Assembly (NCBI GenBank): GCA_024679065.1
Contig: JAGIQG010000008.1
Coordinates: forward strand, 96,844,001-96,908,000
From: Sphyrna mokarran
Taxonomy: Eukaryota
Length of the DNA: 64,000 bases
Reading direction: 5' to 3'
Position numbers and translations under genes: made by a program. The notes below the pieces were generated by a model, which had not been told where the DNA came from, did not search any database, and saw only the letters and a list, made by a program, of their open reading frames with translations. The stretch's first letter is position 1; each line of letters opens with the position of its first letter. Of the stretch, positions 11,701-24,729 are shown piece by piece.

Positions 11701-14700
11701 ACAGGGAGAACCTTCAAATGAACAAAAAAATACTGCTGAGAAAACTCCACCAGATCATTCTGAAACACCAAAAGATCAGGAAAATAAAGGTGGGTTCAAT
11801 GAAGAAATATCAAAGGTACAAAAATTCATTTCACTGTCTGAGGGAGAATGTATAACATTGAATTGAATTTATCTTTGTATAGATGTGTTAAGATAGGTTC
11901 TAATTCCATTTGTAGTTTTTTTCTGATTATGGTGCTCAGAGTCTGGAGGCATTATTTGTATTTTGATCAAGATAGAGGTAGTTTAATTGATCTATATTTG
12001 TACTGTTATGTATTAGAAATGATGCATAGTTTTAAGGAGGGTTATTTAAATCTTGCTGTGCAGGGACGTAATAGCCATGCGGATTCATAAAAGGCTAGGA
12101 ATTTTGCACCTAAGTACAGTCAGGGAAATGGAGGGAATGTAATTCATGATGATTATGGGTATGTAGAGAACTGGCACCGAAGAAGGGGAGGTTTTTCATG
12201 TTGGTGTTTTGGTGCACCTGCTTGCCCTATTGTTATGGATATCAGTAGTTGTGAACCAGGAAGCTGCACTTGAAGAAGTGTTCGCCCAAATCATCCAAAG
12301 TGTTAATTATCGATGGTGTGGAAGAGTAAGAGAGTATTCCAGTTAGCAAGAGCGTAAATTGCCTAATGAGGTCACCAGAATTTCTTCAAAGTTGTTGACA
12401 AAGAATTGGGAGCAATTGATGGTGGATGATATAAATGTGACGAAATGCATTACACACTATTAGAAGAGGGGGAAAGAATTGTTTGTCACTGAGGCATTGA
12501 TTGAAAAATTGGGTCTTCAACTCTTCATCGACACATAAGTCATTCAGAACTGTTGTCTGCCAACCAGAAGGAAATGCATTGATGTACTAATCCAGGTTAT
12601 TGAGTAAATACCTTGACTGAAACCCGTTACTTTTTTGTGATGGAATGATACAGTTCCATTCATCTTCATTTTTGCAATGGGGAAAGTGTGTTTTTCAAGA
12701 ACAGAAACTGATTTGAATTTCCAGTTGGAATGTCCCTTTGTGTGTCCTGACATTGAAGTAGATTTCGTTCACAATGTTCATCATCCAGGGAAATATTGTG
12801 TCATAAATTCCAGTGCAAATTATATAACAAAGTTGTGTAATTTTGCAATCAATATTCGAAACAAATTATTTGAAGTATTTTGAGGAATAGCAGTTAAGGT
12901 GAGAAGATACCAAAATGCGTAATGCTTAGGATCCTTAATGTAGCACTTACCTAAGAAATTGGAATAGCTAACCATTGATAAAGAAACAAGGAGGTGAACT
13001 AAACTCATGTGCAATGTTTTCATTGTAGTCAACAGCCTTATCACTGTACTTTCTACTCCCAAGCCAATGAGTTTACATTCTCATGTTTTTAGGTGTTCAT
13101 GTAGACTCACAGGGAGAACCTTCAAATGAACAAAAAAATACTGCTGAGAAAACTCCACCAGATCATTCTGAAACACCAAAAGATCAGGAAAATAAAGGTG
13201 GGTTCAATGAAGAAATATGAAAGGTACAAAAATTCATTCATTGTCTGAGGGAGAATGTATAAGCTTGAGTTGAATTTATATTTGTATAGATGTGTTAAGA
13301 TAGGTTCTAATTACATTTCTAGTTTTTTTCTGAATATGGTGCTCAGAGTCTGGAGGCATTATTTGTATATTGATGAAGATAGAGGTAGTTTAATTGATCT
13401 ATATTTGTACTGTTATGTATTAGAAATGAGGCGTAGTTTTAAGTAGGTTTAATTAAATTCTGCTGTGCAGCGAAGTAAGGGTTCCCATGTAGATTTATAA
13501 AAGGCGAGGAATTTTGCATCTAAGTACAGTCAGAGAAATGGAGGGAATGTAATTGATGATGATTATAGGTATGTAGAAAGCTGGCAGGTAAGAAGGGGAG
13601 GTTGGTCATGTTGGTGTTTTGGTGCACCTGCTTGCCCTGTTGTTATGGATATCAGTAGTTGTGAACCTGGAAGCTGCACTTGAAGAAGTGTTTGCCCAAA
13701 TCATCCAAAGCGTTAATTATCGATGGTGTGGAATGTCGGAGAGTATTCCAGTTAGCAAGAGCCTAAATTGCCATATGAGGTCACCAGAATTTCTTCAAAG
13801 TTGTTGACAAAGAATTGGGAGCAATTGATGGTGGACAAAATAAATGTCATGAAATGCATTACACACTATTAGAAGAGGGGGAAAGAATTGTTTGTCTCTG
13901 AGGCATTGATTGTAAAATTGGGTCTTCAACTATTCATCGTCACATAAGATAAATCATTCAGAACTGTTGCCTGCCAACCAGAAGGAAATACATTGATGTA
14001 CTAATCCAGGTTATTGAGTACATACCTTGACTGAAACCCGTTACTTTTTTGTGATGGAATGATACAGTTCCATTCATCTTCATTTTTGTAATGGGGAAAG
14101 TGGGTTTTTCAAGAACAGAAACTGATTTCCATTTCCAGTTAGAATGTCCCTTTGTGTGTCCTGACATTGAAGTAGATTTTGTTCACAATGTTCATCATCC
14201 AGGGAAATATTGTGCTCATAAATTCCAACGCAAATTATATAACAAAGTTGTGTAATTTTGCAATCAATATTCGAAACAAATTGTTTGAAGTATTTTAAGG
14301 AATAGCAGTTAAGGTGAGAAGATACCAAAATGCGTAATGCTTAGGATCCTTAATGTAGCACTTACCTAAGAAATTGGAATAGCTAACCATTGATAAAGAA
14401 ACAAGGAGGTGAACTAAACTCATGTGCAATGTTTTCATTGTAGTCAACAGCCTTATCACTGTACTTTCTACTCCCAAGCCAATGAGTTTACATTCTCATG
14501 TTTTTTGGTGTTCATGTAGACTCACAGGGAGAACCTTCAAATGAACAAAAAAATACTGCTGAGAAAACTCCACCAGATCATTCTGAAACACCAAAAGATC
14601 AGGAAAATAAAGGTGGGTTCAATGAAGAAATATGAAAGGTACAAAAATTCATTCATTGTCTGAGGGAGAATGTATAAGCTTGAGTTGAATTTATATTTGT

Positions 14701-17700
14701 ATAGATGTGTTAAGATAGGTTCTAACTACATTTCTAGTTTTTTTCTGAATATGGTGCTCAGAGTCTGGAGGCATTATTTGTATATTGATGAAGATAGAGG
14801 TAGTTTAATTGATCTATATTTGTACTGTTATGTATTAGAAATGAGGCGTAGTTTTAAGTAGGTTTAATTAAATTCTGCTGTGCAGCGAAGTAAGGGTTCC
14901 CATGTAGATTTATAAAAGGCGAGGAATTTTGCATCTAAGTACAGTCAGAGAAATGGAGGGAATGTAATTGATGATGATTATAGGTATGTAGAAAGCTGGC
15001 AGGTAAGAAGGGGAGGTTGGTCATGTTGGTGTTTTGGTGCACCTGCTTGCCCTGTTGTTAAGGATATCAGTAGTTGTGAACCTGGAAGCTGCACTTGAAG
15101 AAGTGTTCGCCCAAATCATCCAAAGCGTTAATTATCGATGGTGTGGAATGTCGGAGAGTATTCCAGTTAGCAAGAGCCTAAATTGCCATATGAGGTCACC
15201 AGAATTTCTTCAAAGTTGTTGACAAAGAATTGGGAGCAATTGATGGTGGACGATATAAATATGACGAAATGCATTACACAGTATGAGAAGAGGGGGAAAG
15301 AATTGTTTGTCACTGAGGCATTGATTGAAAAATTGGGTCTTCAACTCTTCATCGACACATAAGATAAGTCATTCAGAACTGCTGTCTGCCAACCAGAAGG
15401 AAATGCATTGATGTACTAATCCAAGTTATTGAGTAAATACCTTGACTGAAACCCGTTACTTTTTTGTGATGGAATGATACAGTTCCATTAATCCTCATTT
15501 TTGCAATGGGGAAAGTGGGTTTTTCAAGAACAGAAACTGATTTGAATTTCCAGTTAGAATGTCCCTTTGTGTGTCCTGACATTGAAGTAGATTTCGTTCA
15601 CAATGTTCATCATCCAGGGAAATATTGTGTCATAAATTCCAGGGCAAATTATATAACAAAGTTGTGTAATTTTGCAATCAATATTCGAAACAAATTATTA
15701 GAAGTATTTTGAGGAATAGCAGTTAAGGTGAGAAGATACCAAAATGCGTAATGCTTAGGATCCTTAATGTAGCACTTACCTAAGAAATTGGAATAGCTAA
15801 CCATTGATAAAGAAACAAGGAGGTGAACTAAACTCATGTGCAATGTTTTCATTGTAGTCAACAGCCTTATCACTGTACTTTCTACTCCCAAGCCAATGAG
15901 TTTACATTCTCATGTTTTTTGGTGTTCATGTAGACTCACAGGGAGAACCTTCAAATGAACAAAAAAATACTGCTGAGAAAACTCCACCAGATCATTCTGA
16001 AACACCAAAAGATCAGGAAAATAAAGGTGGGTTCAATGAAGAAATATGAAAGGTACAAAAATTCATTTCACTGTCTGAGGGAGAATGTATAAGCTTGAGT
16101 TGAATTTATATTTGTATAGATGTGTTAAGATAGGTTCTAATTACATTTCTAGTTTTTTTCTGAATATGGTGCTCAGAGTCTGGAGGCATTATTTGTATAT
16201 TGATGAAGATAGAGGTAGTTTAATTGATCTATATTTGTACTGTTATGTATTAGAAATGAGGCGTAGTTTTAAGTAGGTTTAATTAAATTCTGCTGTGCAG
16301 CGAAGTAAGGGTTCCCATGTAGATTTATAAAAGGCGAGGAATTTTGCATCTAAGTACAGTCAGAGAAATGGAGGGAATGTAATTGATGATGATTATAGGT
16401 ATGTAGAAAGCTGGCAGGTAAGAAGGGGAGGTTGGTCATGTTGGTGTTTTGGTGCACCTGCTTGCCCTGTTGTTATGGATATCAGTAGTTGTGAACCTGG
16501 AAGCTGCACTTGAAGAAGTGTTCGCCCAAATCATCCAAAGCGTTAATTATCGATGGTGTGGAATGTCGGAGAGTATTCCAGTTAGCAAGAGCCTAAATTG
16601 CCATATGAGGTCACCAGAATTTCTTCAAAGTTGTTGACAAAGAATTGGGAGCAATTGATGGTGGACGAAATAAATGTCATGAAATGCATTACACACTATT
16701 AGAAGAGGGGGAAAGAATTGTTTGTCACTGAGGCATTGATTGTAAAATTGGGTCTTCAACTATTCATCGTCACATAAGTCATTCAGAACTGTTGTCTGCC
16801 AACCAGAAGGAAATACATTGATGTACTAATCCAGGTTATTGAGTACATACCTTGACTGAAACCCGTTACTTTTTTGTGATGGAATGATACAGTTCCATTC
16901 ATCTTCATTTTTGTAATGGGGAAAGTGTGTTTTTCAAGAAATGAAACTGATTTCCATTTCCAGTTCGAATGTCCCTTTGTGTGTCCTGACATTGAAGTAG
17001 ATTTTGTTCACAATGTTCATCATCCAGGGAAATATTGTGCTCATTAATTCCAGCGCAAATTATATAACAAAGTTGTTTAATTTTGCAATCAATGATCGAA
17101 ACAAATTGTTTGAAGTATTTTAAGGAATAGCAGTTAAGGTGAGAAGATACCAAAATGTGTAATGCTTAGGATCCTTAATGTAGCACTTACCTAAGAAATT
17201 GGAATAGCTAACCATTGATAAAGAAACAAGGAGGTGAACTAAACTCATGTGCAATGTTTTCATTGTAGTCAACAGCCTTATCACTGTACTTTCTACTCCC
17301 AAGCCAATGAGTTTACATTCTCATGTTTTTTGGTGTTCATGTAGACTCACAGGGAGAACCTTCAAATGAACAAAAAAATACTGCTGAGAAAACTCCACCA
17401 GATCATTCTGAAACACCAAAAGATCAGGAAAATATAGGTGGGTTCAATGAAGCAATATGAAAGGTACAAAAATTCATTCATTCATTGTCTGAGGGAGAAT
17501 GTATAAGCTTGAGTTGAATTTATATTTGTATAGATGTGTTAAGATAGGTTCTAACTACATTTCTAGTTTTTTTCTGAATATGGTGCTCAGAGTCTGGAGG
17601 CATTATTTGTATTTTGATGAGGATAGAGGTAGTTTAATTGATCTATATTTGTACTGTTATGTATTAGAAATGAGGCGTAGTTTTAAGTAGGTTTAATTAA

Positions 17701-20700
17701 TTCTTGCTGTGCAGCGAAGTAAGGGTTCCCATGTAGATTCATAAAAGGCGAGGTAATGTGCATCTAAGTACAGTCAGAGAAATGGAGGGAATGTAATTGA
17801 TGATGATTATGGGTATGTAGAGAGCTGGCAGCGAAGAAGGGGAGGTTGGTCATGTTGGTGTTTTGGTGCACCTGCTTGCCCTGTTGTTATGGATATTAGT
17901 AGTTGTGAACCTGGAAGCTGCACTTGAAGAAGTGTTTGCCCAAATCATCCAAAGTGTTAATTATCGATGGTGTGCAATGTCGGAGAGTATTCCAGTTAGC
18001 AAGAGCCTAAATTGCCTTATGAGGTCACCAGAATTTCTTCAAAGTTGTTGACAAAGAATTGGGAGCCATTGATTTTGGAGGATATAAATGTGACGAAATG
18101 CATTACACACTATTAGAAGAGGGGGAAAGAATTGTTTGTCACTGAGTGATTGATTCAAAAATTGGGTCTTCAACTATTCATTGACACATAAGTTAAGTCA
18201 TTCAGAACTGTTGTCTGCCAACCAGAAGGAAACGCATTGATGTACTCATCCAGTTTATTGAGTAAATACCTTGACTGAAACCTGTTACATTTTTGTGATG
18301 GAATGATACAGTTACAGCCATCTTCATTTTTGCAATGGGGAATGTGGGTTTTTTGAAGAACAGATACTGATTTCCATTTCCAGTTCGAATGCCCCTTTGC
18401 GTACCTTGACATTGACGTACCTTTCGTTCACAATGTTCATCATCCAGTACATATTTGTACTATTATGTATTAGAAATGAGGCGTAGTCTTAGATAGGTTG
18501 AATTAAATCTTGCTGTGCAGAGACGTAAGGGCCGCCAAGTGGATTTGTAAAAGGCGTATAATTTTGCATCTAAGTACAGACAGAGAAATGTAGGGAACGT
18601 AATCGATGATGATTATGGATGTGTAGAGAGCTGGCAGGTAAGAAGGGGCGGTAGGTCATATTGGTGTTTTGGTTCTCCTGCTTGCCTTTTTGTTATGGAT
18701 ATCAATAGTTGTGAACCTGGAAGCTGCACTTGAAGGAGTATTCGCCCAAATCTTCCGAAGTGTTAATTATCGATGGTGTGCAATGTAGGAGAGTATTCCA
18801 GATAGCAAGAGCCTAAATTGCCTGATCAGGTGACCAGAATTTCTTCAACATTGTTGACAAAGAATTGGAAGTAATTGATGGTGGACGAAGTAAACATGAT
18901 GAAATGCATTCGACACTATTAAAAGAGGGGGAAGGAATTGTTTGTCACTGAGGCATTGATCAAAAAATTGTGTTTTCAAGTATTTATAGACACATTAGAT
19001 GTCATTCAGAAAAGTTGTCTACCAACCAGAAGGAAATGTTTTCATGTTCTAATCCGGGATGTTGAGTAAATATCTTCACTGAAACCTGATACATTTTTAT
19101 CCTGGTATTGTACAGTTACAGTCAACCTCATTTTTGCAATGGAGAAAGTGGCTTTTTTCAAGAACAGAAAGTGATTTCCATTTCCAATTTGAATGCCCCT
19201 TTGTGTGACCTGACATTGAAGTACCTTTCAATCACAACGTTCATGGTCCAGGAAAATATTTTGCTCATGAATTCCTGAGCAAATTGTATCACAAAGTTCA
19301 ATTTTGCAAATAAAATTTGAAACAATTTGTTTGAGGTATATCGATGTATAGCAGTTAAGATGAGAAAATACCAAAATGCGTAATGCTTAGGAACCTTAAT
19401 ATAGCACTTACTCAAGAATTGGTATAGCTAACCATTGACGAAGATGAAAGAAGGTCAGCGAATCTCATTTGCAATATTTGCTTTTTCGCCAAAAGCCTGA
19501 TCACTGTATTTTCTTCTCCCAAGCCAATGAGTTTACATTATCAGGTATTTTGATGTTCATGTAGACTTACAGGAACAATCTTCAAATAAACGAAACAATA
19601 CTGTTGACAGAGATCAACAGAATCAAATACGAAAGGATCAGGAAAATAAAGGTGGGTCCAATGAAGAAATAGCAAAGATACAAAAATTTTATTCGTTCAT
19701 TGTCAGAGGGAGAATGAATAACTTTGAGATCAATTTACATTTGTATTGATGTTTTAATATAGGTTCTAATTACATTTGTAGTTTTTTTCTGATTATGGTC
19801 CTGTGGAGTCTGGAGACATTATTTGTATTTTTATGAAGATAGAGGTAGTTTAATTGATCTATATTTATACTGTTATGTATTAGAAATGAGGCACAGTGTT
19901 AAGTAGGTTGAATTTCGTCTTGCTGTGCAAGGAAATAAGAGGCGCCAAGTGCATTCATATAAGGCAAAGTATTTTGCATCGAAGTACAGACAGAAAAATA
20001 TAGGGAATGTAATTGATGATGGTATGTAGAGAGCTGGCAGCTAAGAAGGGGAGGTTGGTCATGTTGGTGTTTTGGTGCACCTGCTTGCCTTGCTGTTATG
20101 GATATCAGTAGTTGTGAACTTGGAAACTGCGCTTGAAGAAGTATTCGCCCAAATTGTCCGAAGTATCAGTTCTCAATGGTGTGGAATGTAGGAGAATATT
20201 CCAGTTAGCAATAACCTAAATTACCTAATCAGGTCACCGGAATTTCTTCAAAGTTGTTGACAAAGAATTGGGAGCAATTGATGGTGGACGAAATAAATGT
20301 GACGAAATGCATTACACACTATTAGAAGAGGGGGAAAGAATTGTTTCTCACTGAGGTATGGATTGAAGAATTGTGTCTTCAAGTATTCACAGACAGATTA
20401 GCTACGTCATTCAGAACTGTTGTCTGCCAACCAGAAGGAAATGCATCGATGTACTAATTCAGGATATTGAGTAAATAACTTGACTGAAAACTAGTACATT
20501 TTTGTGATGGAACGATACAGTTACAGTCATCCTCATTTTTGCAATGGAGAAAGTGTTTTTTTCAAGAACAGAAACTGATTTCCATTTCCATTTAGAATGT
20601 CCTTCTGTGTGTCCTGACATTGAAGTATCTTTCGTTCACAATGTTCATGATCCAGGAAAATATTTTGCTCATGAATTCCAGGGCAAATTGTATAACAAAG

Positions 20701-21625
20701 TTGGTAATTTTGCAAATAAAATTTGAAACAAATCGTTTGAGGGATATTGAGGAATAGCAGTTAAGACTGACTGTGAGGAAATAAAAAATGCATGCTGCTT
20801 GGGATCCCTAATGTAGCACTTACCTCAGAAGTAGGAATATCTAACCATTGATAAAGAAGCAAGAAGATCAACTATATTCATCTGCCAAATTTGCATTTTA
20901 CCCAAAAGCCTTATCTCTGTACTTTCTTATTCCTAACACAATATGTACGCATTATCATGCATTTTGATGTTCATGTAGACTCATAGGGAGCATCTTCAAA
21001 TGAGCCAAATAGTACTGTGCATAACGCTCCTCAGGATCAGAATCATGGATTAAAGTAACAGGAAAGTAAAGGTGGGTTCAATGAAGGAGTATCAAAGATG
21101 AAACGATTTTATTCATTCATGGTCTGAGGAACAATGTGTAACGTTGAGTTCAATTTATATTTGCACTGATGTGCTAACGCAGGTTTTAATTGTATTTTTT
21201 CTGAGTATAGTCCTTCGGAGTTTGGAGATATTATTTGCATTTTCATAAAGATGGGATAGTTTAAATGATGTACATTTGTACTGTTATGTATTAGAAATGA
21301 TGCATGGTTTTCAGTGGGTTTAACTTAGTCCAGCTGTTCAAGAAAATAAAGACCTCCAGTTAGATTCATGTAAGGCAAAATATTTTGCACCTAAGGTACA
21401 GACAGAAAAATATGGGAATGTATGTGGTGGTTATGGCTAAGAAGAAAGCTGATAGCTCCGAAGAGGAGGTTGTTCATGTTGGTATTTTGATGCACCTGCT
21501 GCCTTTATTGTTATAGATGTCTGTAGTTGTGGCTTTGGAAATTGGTCCAAGATGTATTTGATCAAATTATCCAAAGTATTATTTATCAATGTTGTGGAAT
21601 GTAGCAGAGTTTTCCAGTTAGCAGT
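8765..21625. repeat. Young tandem array, ~1.41-kb unit, ~9.5 copies; unit = TLR7/8 LRR remnant + LTR 5' fragment + Penelope-like fragment
   Basis: Marker tgtagac/tgtagat at 8851, 10271, 11692, 13100, 14515, 15929, 17340, 19560 and 20974 (spacings 1408-1421; one of 2220 from a ~600-bp deletion near 18448); central units are nearly identical. Confidence 0.97.
8856..19651 (+). other. Eight candidate symmetric phase-1 cassette exons: 8856-8948, 10276-10368, 11697-11789, 13105-13197, 14520-14612, 15934-16026, 17345-17437, 19565-19651
   Basis: Each is flanked by ..tgtAG and AG|GTgggt, 93 nt (one 87 nt), stop-free, e.g. DSQGEPSNEQKNTAEKTPPDHSETPKDQENK; no transcript evidence. Confidence 0.4.
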
Positions 21626-21629
21626 TAGC

Positions 21630-21812
21630 AGTTCAAGTCAAGAGTGGATAGAGTGGATATGTTTTTGATTGACAAGGGAATTAAGGGTTACGGGGAGAAA
21701 GCAGAAAAGTGGTACTGAATCACTACAGATCAGCCTTGATCGTATTGAATGGTGGGTAGGCTCGAGAGGCTGGATGGCCTACTTCTGCTCCTATTTCTTA
21801 TGTTCTTATGTT
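21630..21812 (+). mobile_element. CR1 3' end fragment inserted in the TLR remnant
   Basis: gacaagggaattaagggtta..cctacttctgctcctatttcttatgttcttatg, matches 480-617. Confidence 0.85.
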
Positions 21813-21814
21813 AT

Positions 21815-24720
21815 CCTGAACCTGTCATCAGTCACCAGAATTTCTTCAAAGTTGTGACCATTCACTAAGTATGGGTGGAGTAGATGGTGAACACAATAAA
21901 TGTGATGAAATGCATTGTGTGCTATTGAAAGGCAGTGAATGAATTGTTTCTCACTGAGGTATTGATGTGAAAATTGTGGTTTCATATATTCTTAGGTAAA
22001 TTAGCTAAGACATTCAGAAATGTTGTCTGTCAATCAGAAGGAAATGGCTTTATGTACTAGTCCAGGATATAGAATTGTGGTAACATAATCTGGGCCCGGT
22101 CTTAAGGCTGATTAAATTAGATATCCTGAATTAAAGAACTGGGCATATTAAAATCAAACACAGTCAAACCTCGGGCAGACCGATTTTACAAATGCACAAG
22201 CATGTCTGGGCCTGACCCATCAATCATCCATCAAATGTTGTTGCACTCTACTAATACTTAGCAGGTCATTGCATCCCATTGAAATGCAGCGGCCTATTGT
22301 TAGAAGCCCAGATTGGGCCTAACTTTCTGTCACTGCGAGTTCCTGCAGTTACCTCATCTGATAACAGGTTACCTGTGAGCAACAGTATGGAAATGGATAC
22401 CTGGGGGCGGACCCTGGTGTCTTTTCAGTCAGACATTAAGAAACCACTGGATATTGGTAACCCCTCCTGGGACCTCATTGGACCTCATTGGCTGGAACCA
22501 GAGAAAATTCTGGAAAGGCAAGTAGGCAGGGGGATATAAATACACATCTCAGACACATCAGCAGTGAAGACACAAGGGAGGTGACCTTGACCATGTGGAA
22601 GATTGACCAGAGAAGGAAGGAGCTGCCATCGAGATTCATATTCGTGATAACAGACCAGAGAGACTCAGAAAACCGAGCCTGCAGTTTAACCAAACTATCT
22701 TGCGGTATACTTGAATCTGGGGCATCCTCTTGTTTTATGTGGGTAATGTAAGGGTTAATAATGTTATTATTAATAAATTTGTTGAACCTTTACTTGTGTT
22801 TGTCTTTTGTCCATCTTGCAAATAAGGGCACTGGGGTAAAACCTTGCAGTGAGCAAACTGGTCAAAAGTATCTGAGAATTAACAAGTACAACAGAATAAA
22901 TATCTTGATGGCAACTTGGTACATTTTTGTGTTGGAATGATGTGGTTACACAGTCATCCTCATATATGCATTGGATAAAGCTCATTTTTTCAAATACAGA
23001 AACTGATTTCCATTTCCAATTAGAATGCTCCTTGATGTGTCCTGACATTGAAGCACTTTTCTTTCATAAAGTTTATGATCCAGGAAAATATTTTGCTCAT
23101 GAATTCCAGGGTAAATTATATAACAAGGTTGTGCAATTTTGCAAAAAGTATTTGAAACAAATTGTCTGAGCTCTATTGAGGGATTGCAGTTAATACTATG
23201 AGGAAATAAAAAATGCATGATGCCTGGGCTCCTTAATGTAGCACTTACCTAAGAAATAGAAATATTTAACTGTAGGTAAAGAAATAAGGCAGTCAACTAA
23301 ATTCATGTGCAATATTTGCATTTTAGCCTAATCACTGTACTTTCTATTTCCTAACATCATGAGTTTACATTATGGTGGATTTTGGTGTTTATGTAGACCC
23401 AATGGGAACAATTTCAAATGAACCAAACAGTACTGTGTATAAAGCTCAACTAGATCAGAATTAAGGATCAAAGGATCAGGAAAATAAAGGTGAGTTCAAT
23501 GAAGAAATATCAAAGGTGCAAAGATTTTATTTGTTCATGGTCTGAGGAACAATGAATTGAGTTCAGTTTATATTTGTATTGATGTGTTGTAGCAGGTTTA
23601 GTTACTTTAGTTTCTCTAAGTATGGTCCTGCAGAGTCTGGAGACACTATTTGTATTTTCATGAAGTTTGAGATAGTTGACTTGATCTATATTTGTATTGT
23701 TAAGTATTAAAAGTGATGCATAGTTTTCGATGGGTTTAATTTAATCTTGCTGTGTAAGAAAGTAAGGAGCTCCAGTCAGATTCACGTAAGGCAAAGTATT
23801 TTGCATAAGGGGTACATATAATTTAGGAACAAAAATTAAGTGGAAACAAGAATCCCAGTTATCTAACAACACTGTTCCTGGGCACGTAGTCACAGGGAAA
23901 GGCAGAATTGCTGTTCTCTCTGTCTATATGATAGCGAGTGAAGACAGCCGCTCTGTACTCACTGATTGTAAATTGTAACTTTGCTAAGGAGCAGATTATG
24001 GGCAACTCCTGCATTGAAATAATAGTTACGACAGTCAAAATGGTATAGGTGTAGGCCTTTGAGGATGTTGTTAGAGGTTTTCGGCCCTGTGACAATATAG
24101 GAATGGGCACGTCTTTCCAAGACAGAAATTTTTCAGACATAAACGGGAGTTTTAAAGCAAATTACTGGGGATTCCGGAATCAGAACCAGAAACAGAAATG
24201 ACAAGAAATCTTTGCAAGTGTGACAGCATCTGTGGAAAGAAAACAGAGCGAATGTTTTGAGCCTGAATGATCTTTGTCAGAGCTAAGGCAATAGAAAGTA
24301 GCATGAGATTTATACTGTTGTGGGGTCAGCAGTAGGTGGGGGGGTATTGGTTATCCAAGGGAGCTGGATAGAGTGCCAGCGGTTGGTGAAGATAGGAGAA
24401 AATGGCAAAGATGTCATAGACAGAAAAATATAGTGGTTGTAAAGGGTGGAGATCATGGCTAAAAGAAGGGTGCTGATAGTTCAGAAGAGGAGTTTGGTCA
24501 TGTTGGTGTTTCGGTGTACCTTGTGGCCCTTGTTGCTATGAGTACACACTGAGCAGTTGTGAACTTGGAAACTGCCCTTGAAGAAGTTGTATTCAACCAA
24601 ATAAACCAAAATATTATTTATCGATGATGTGGAATGTAGGAGAATATTCCTGTTAGCAATAGCCTAGACTAGTCATCAGGTCACCAGAATTTCTTCAAGC
24701 TTGTAATCCTAATTAATGGT
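21815..24720 (-). pseudogene. TLR7/8-like remnant: older unit that still retains the LRR-CT/TM segment (23825-24160)
   Basis: Homologous to the array unit; ORF 23859-24140 FLSWKDVPIPILS ~ TLR7 FVWWVNHTEVTIPYLAT, followed by hydrophobic YTILTVVTIISM. Confidence 0.7.
22076..22893 (+). mobile_element. Solo LTR (818 bp) with 4-bp TSD GAAT
   Basis: TGTGGTA...TACAACA termini; gaat at 22072-75 and 22894-97; TATA-like gatataaat ~22533; AATAAA ~22772; interrupts the consensus ccaggatattgagtaaatatcttg. Confidence 0.85.
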
Positions 24721-24729
24721 GCAATGGAT

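Noticed and set aside
9354-18051. Repeated 60-80-aa ORFs (MVHLLALLL.., MYKLELNL.., MGVESTV..) as a small-protein gene family
   Set aside because: Non-ATG starts, frames break between copies; explained by TLR remnant (sense or antisense) and LTR sequence
8765-21625. CRISPR-like or prokaryotic repeat system
   Set aside because: Eukaryotic context; 1.4-kb contiguous units with no repeat-spacer structure
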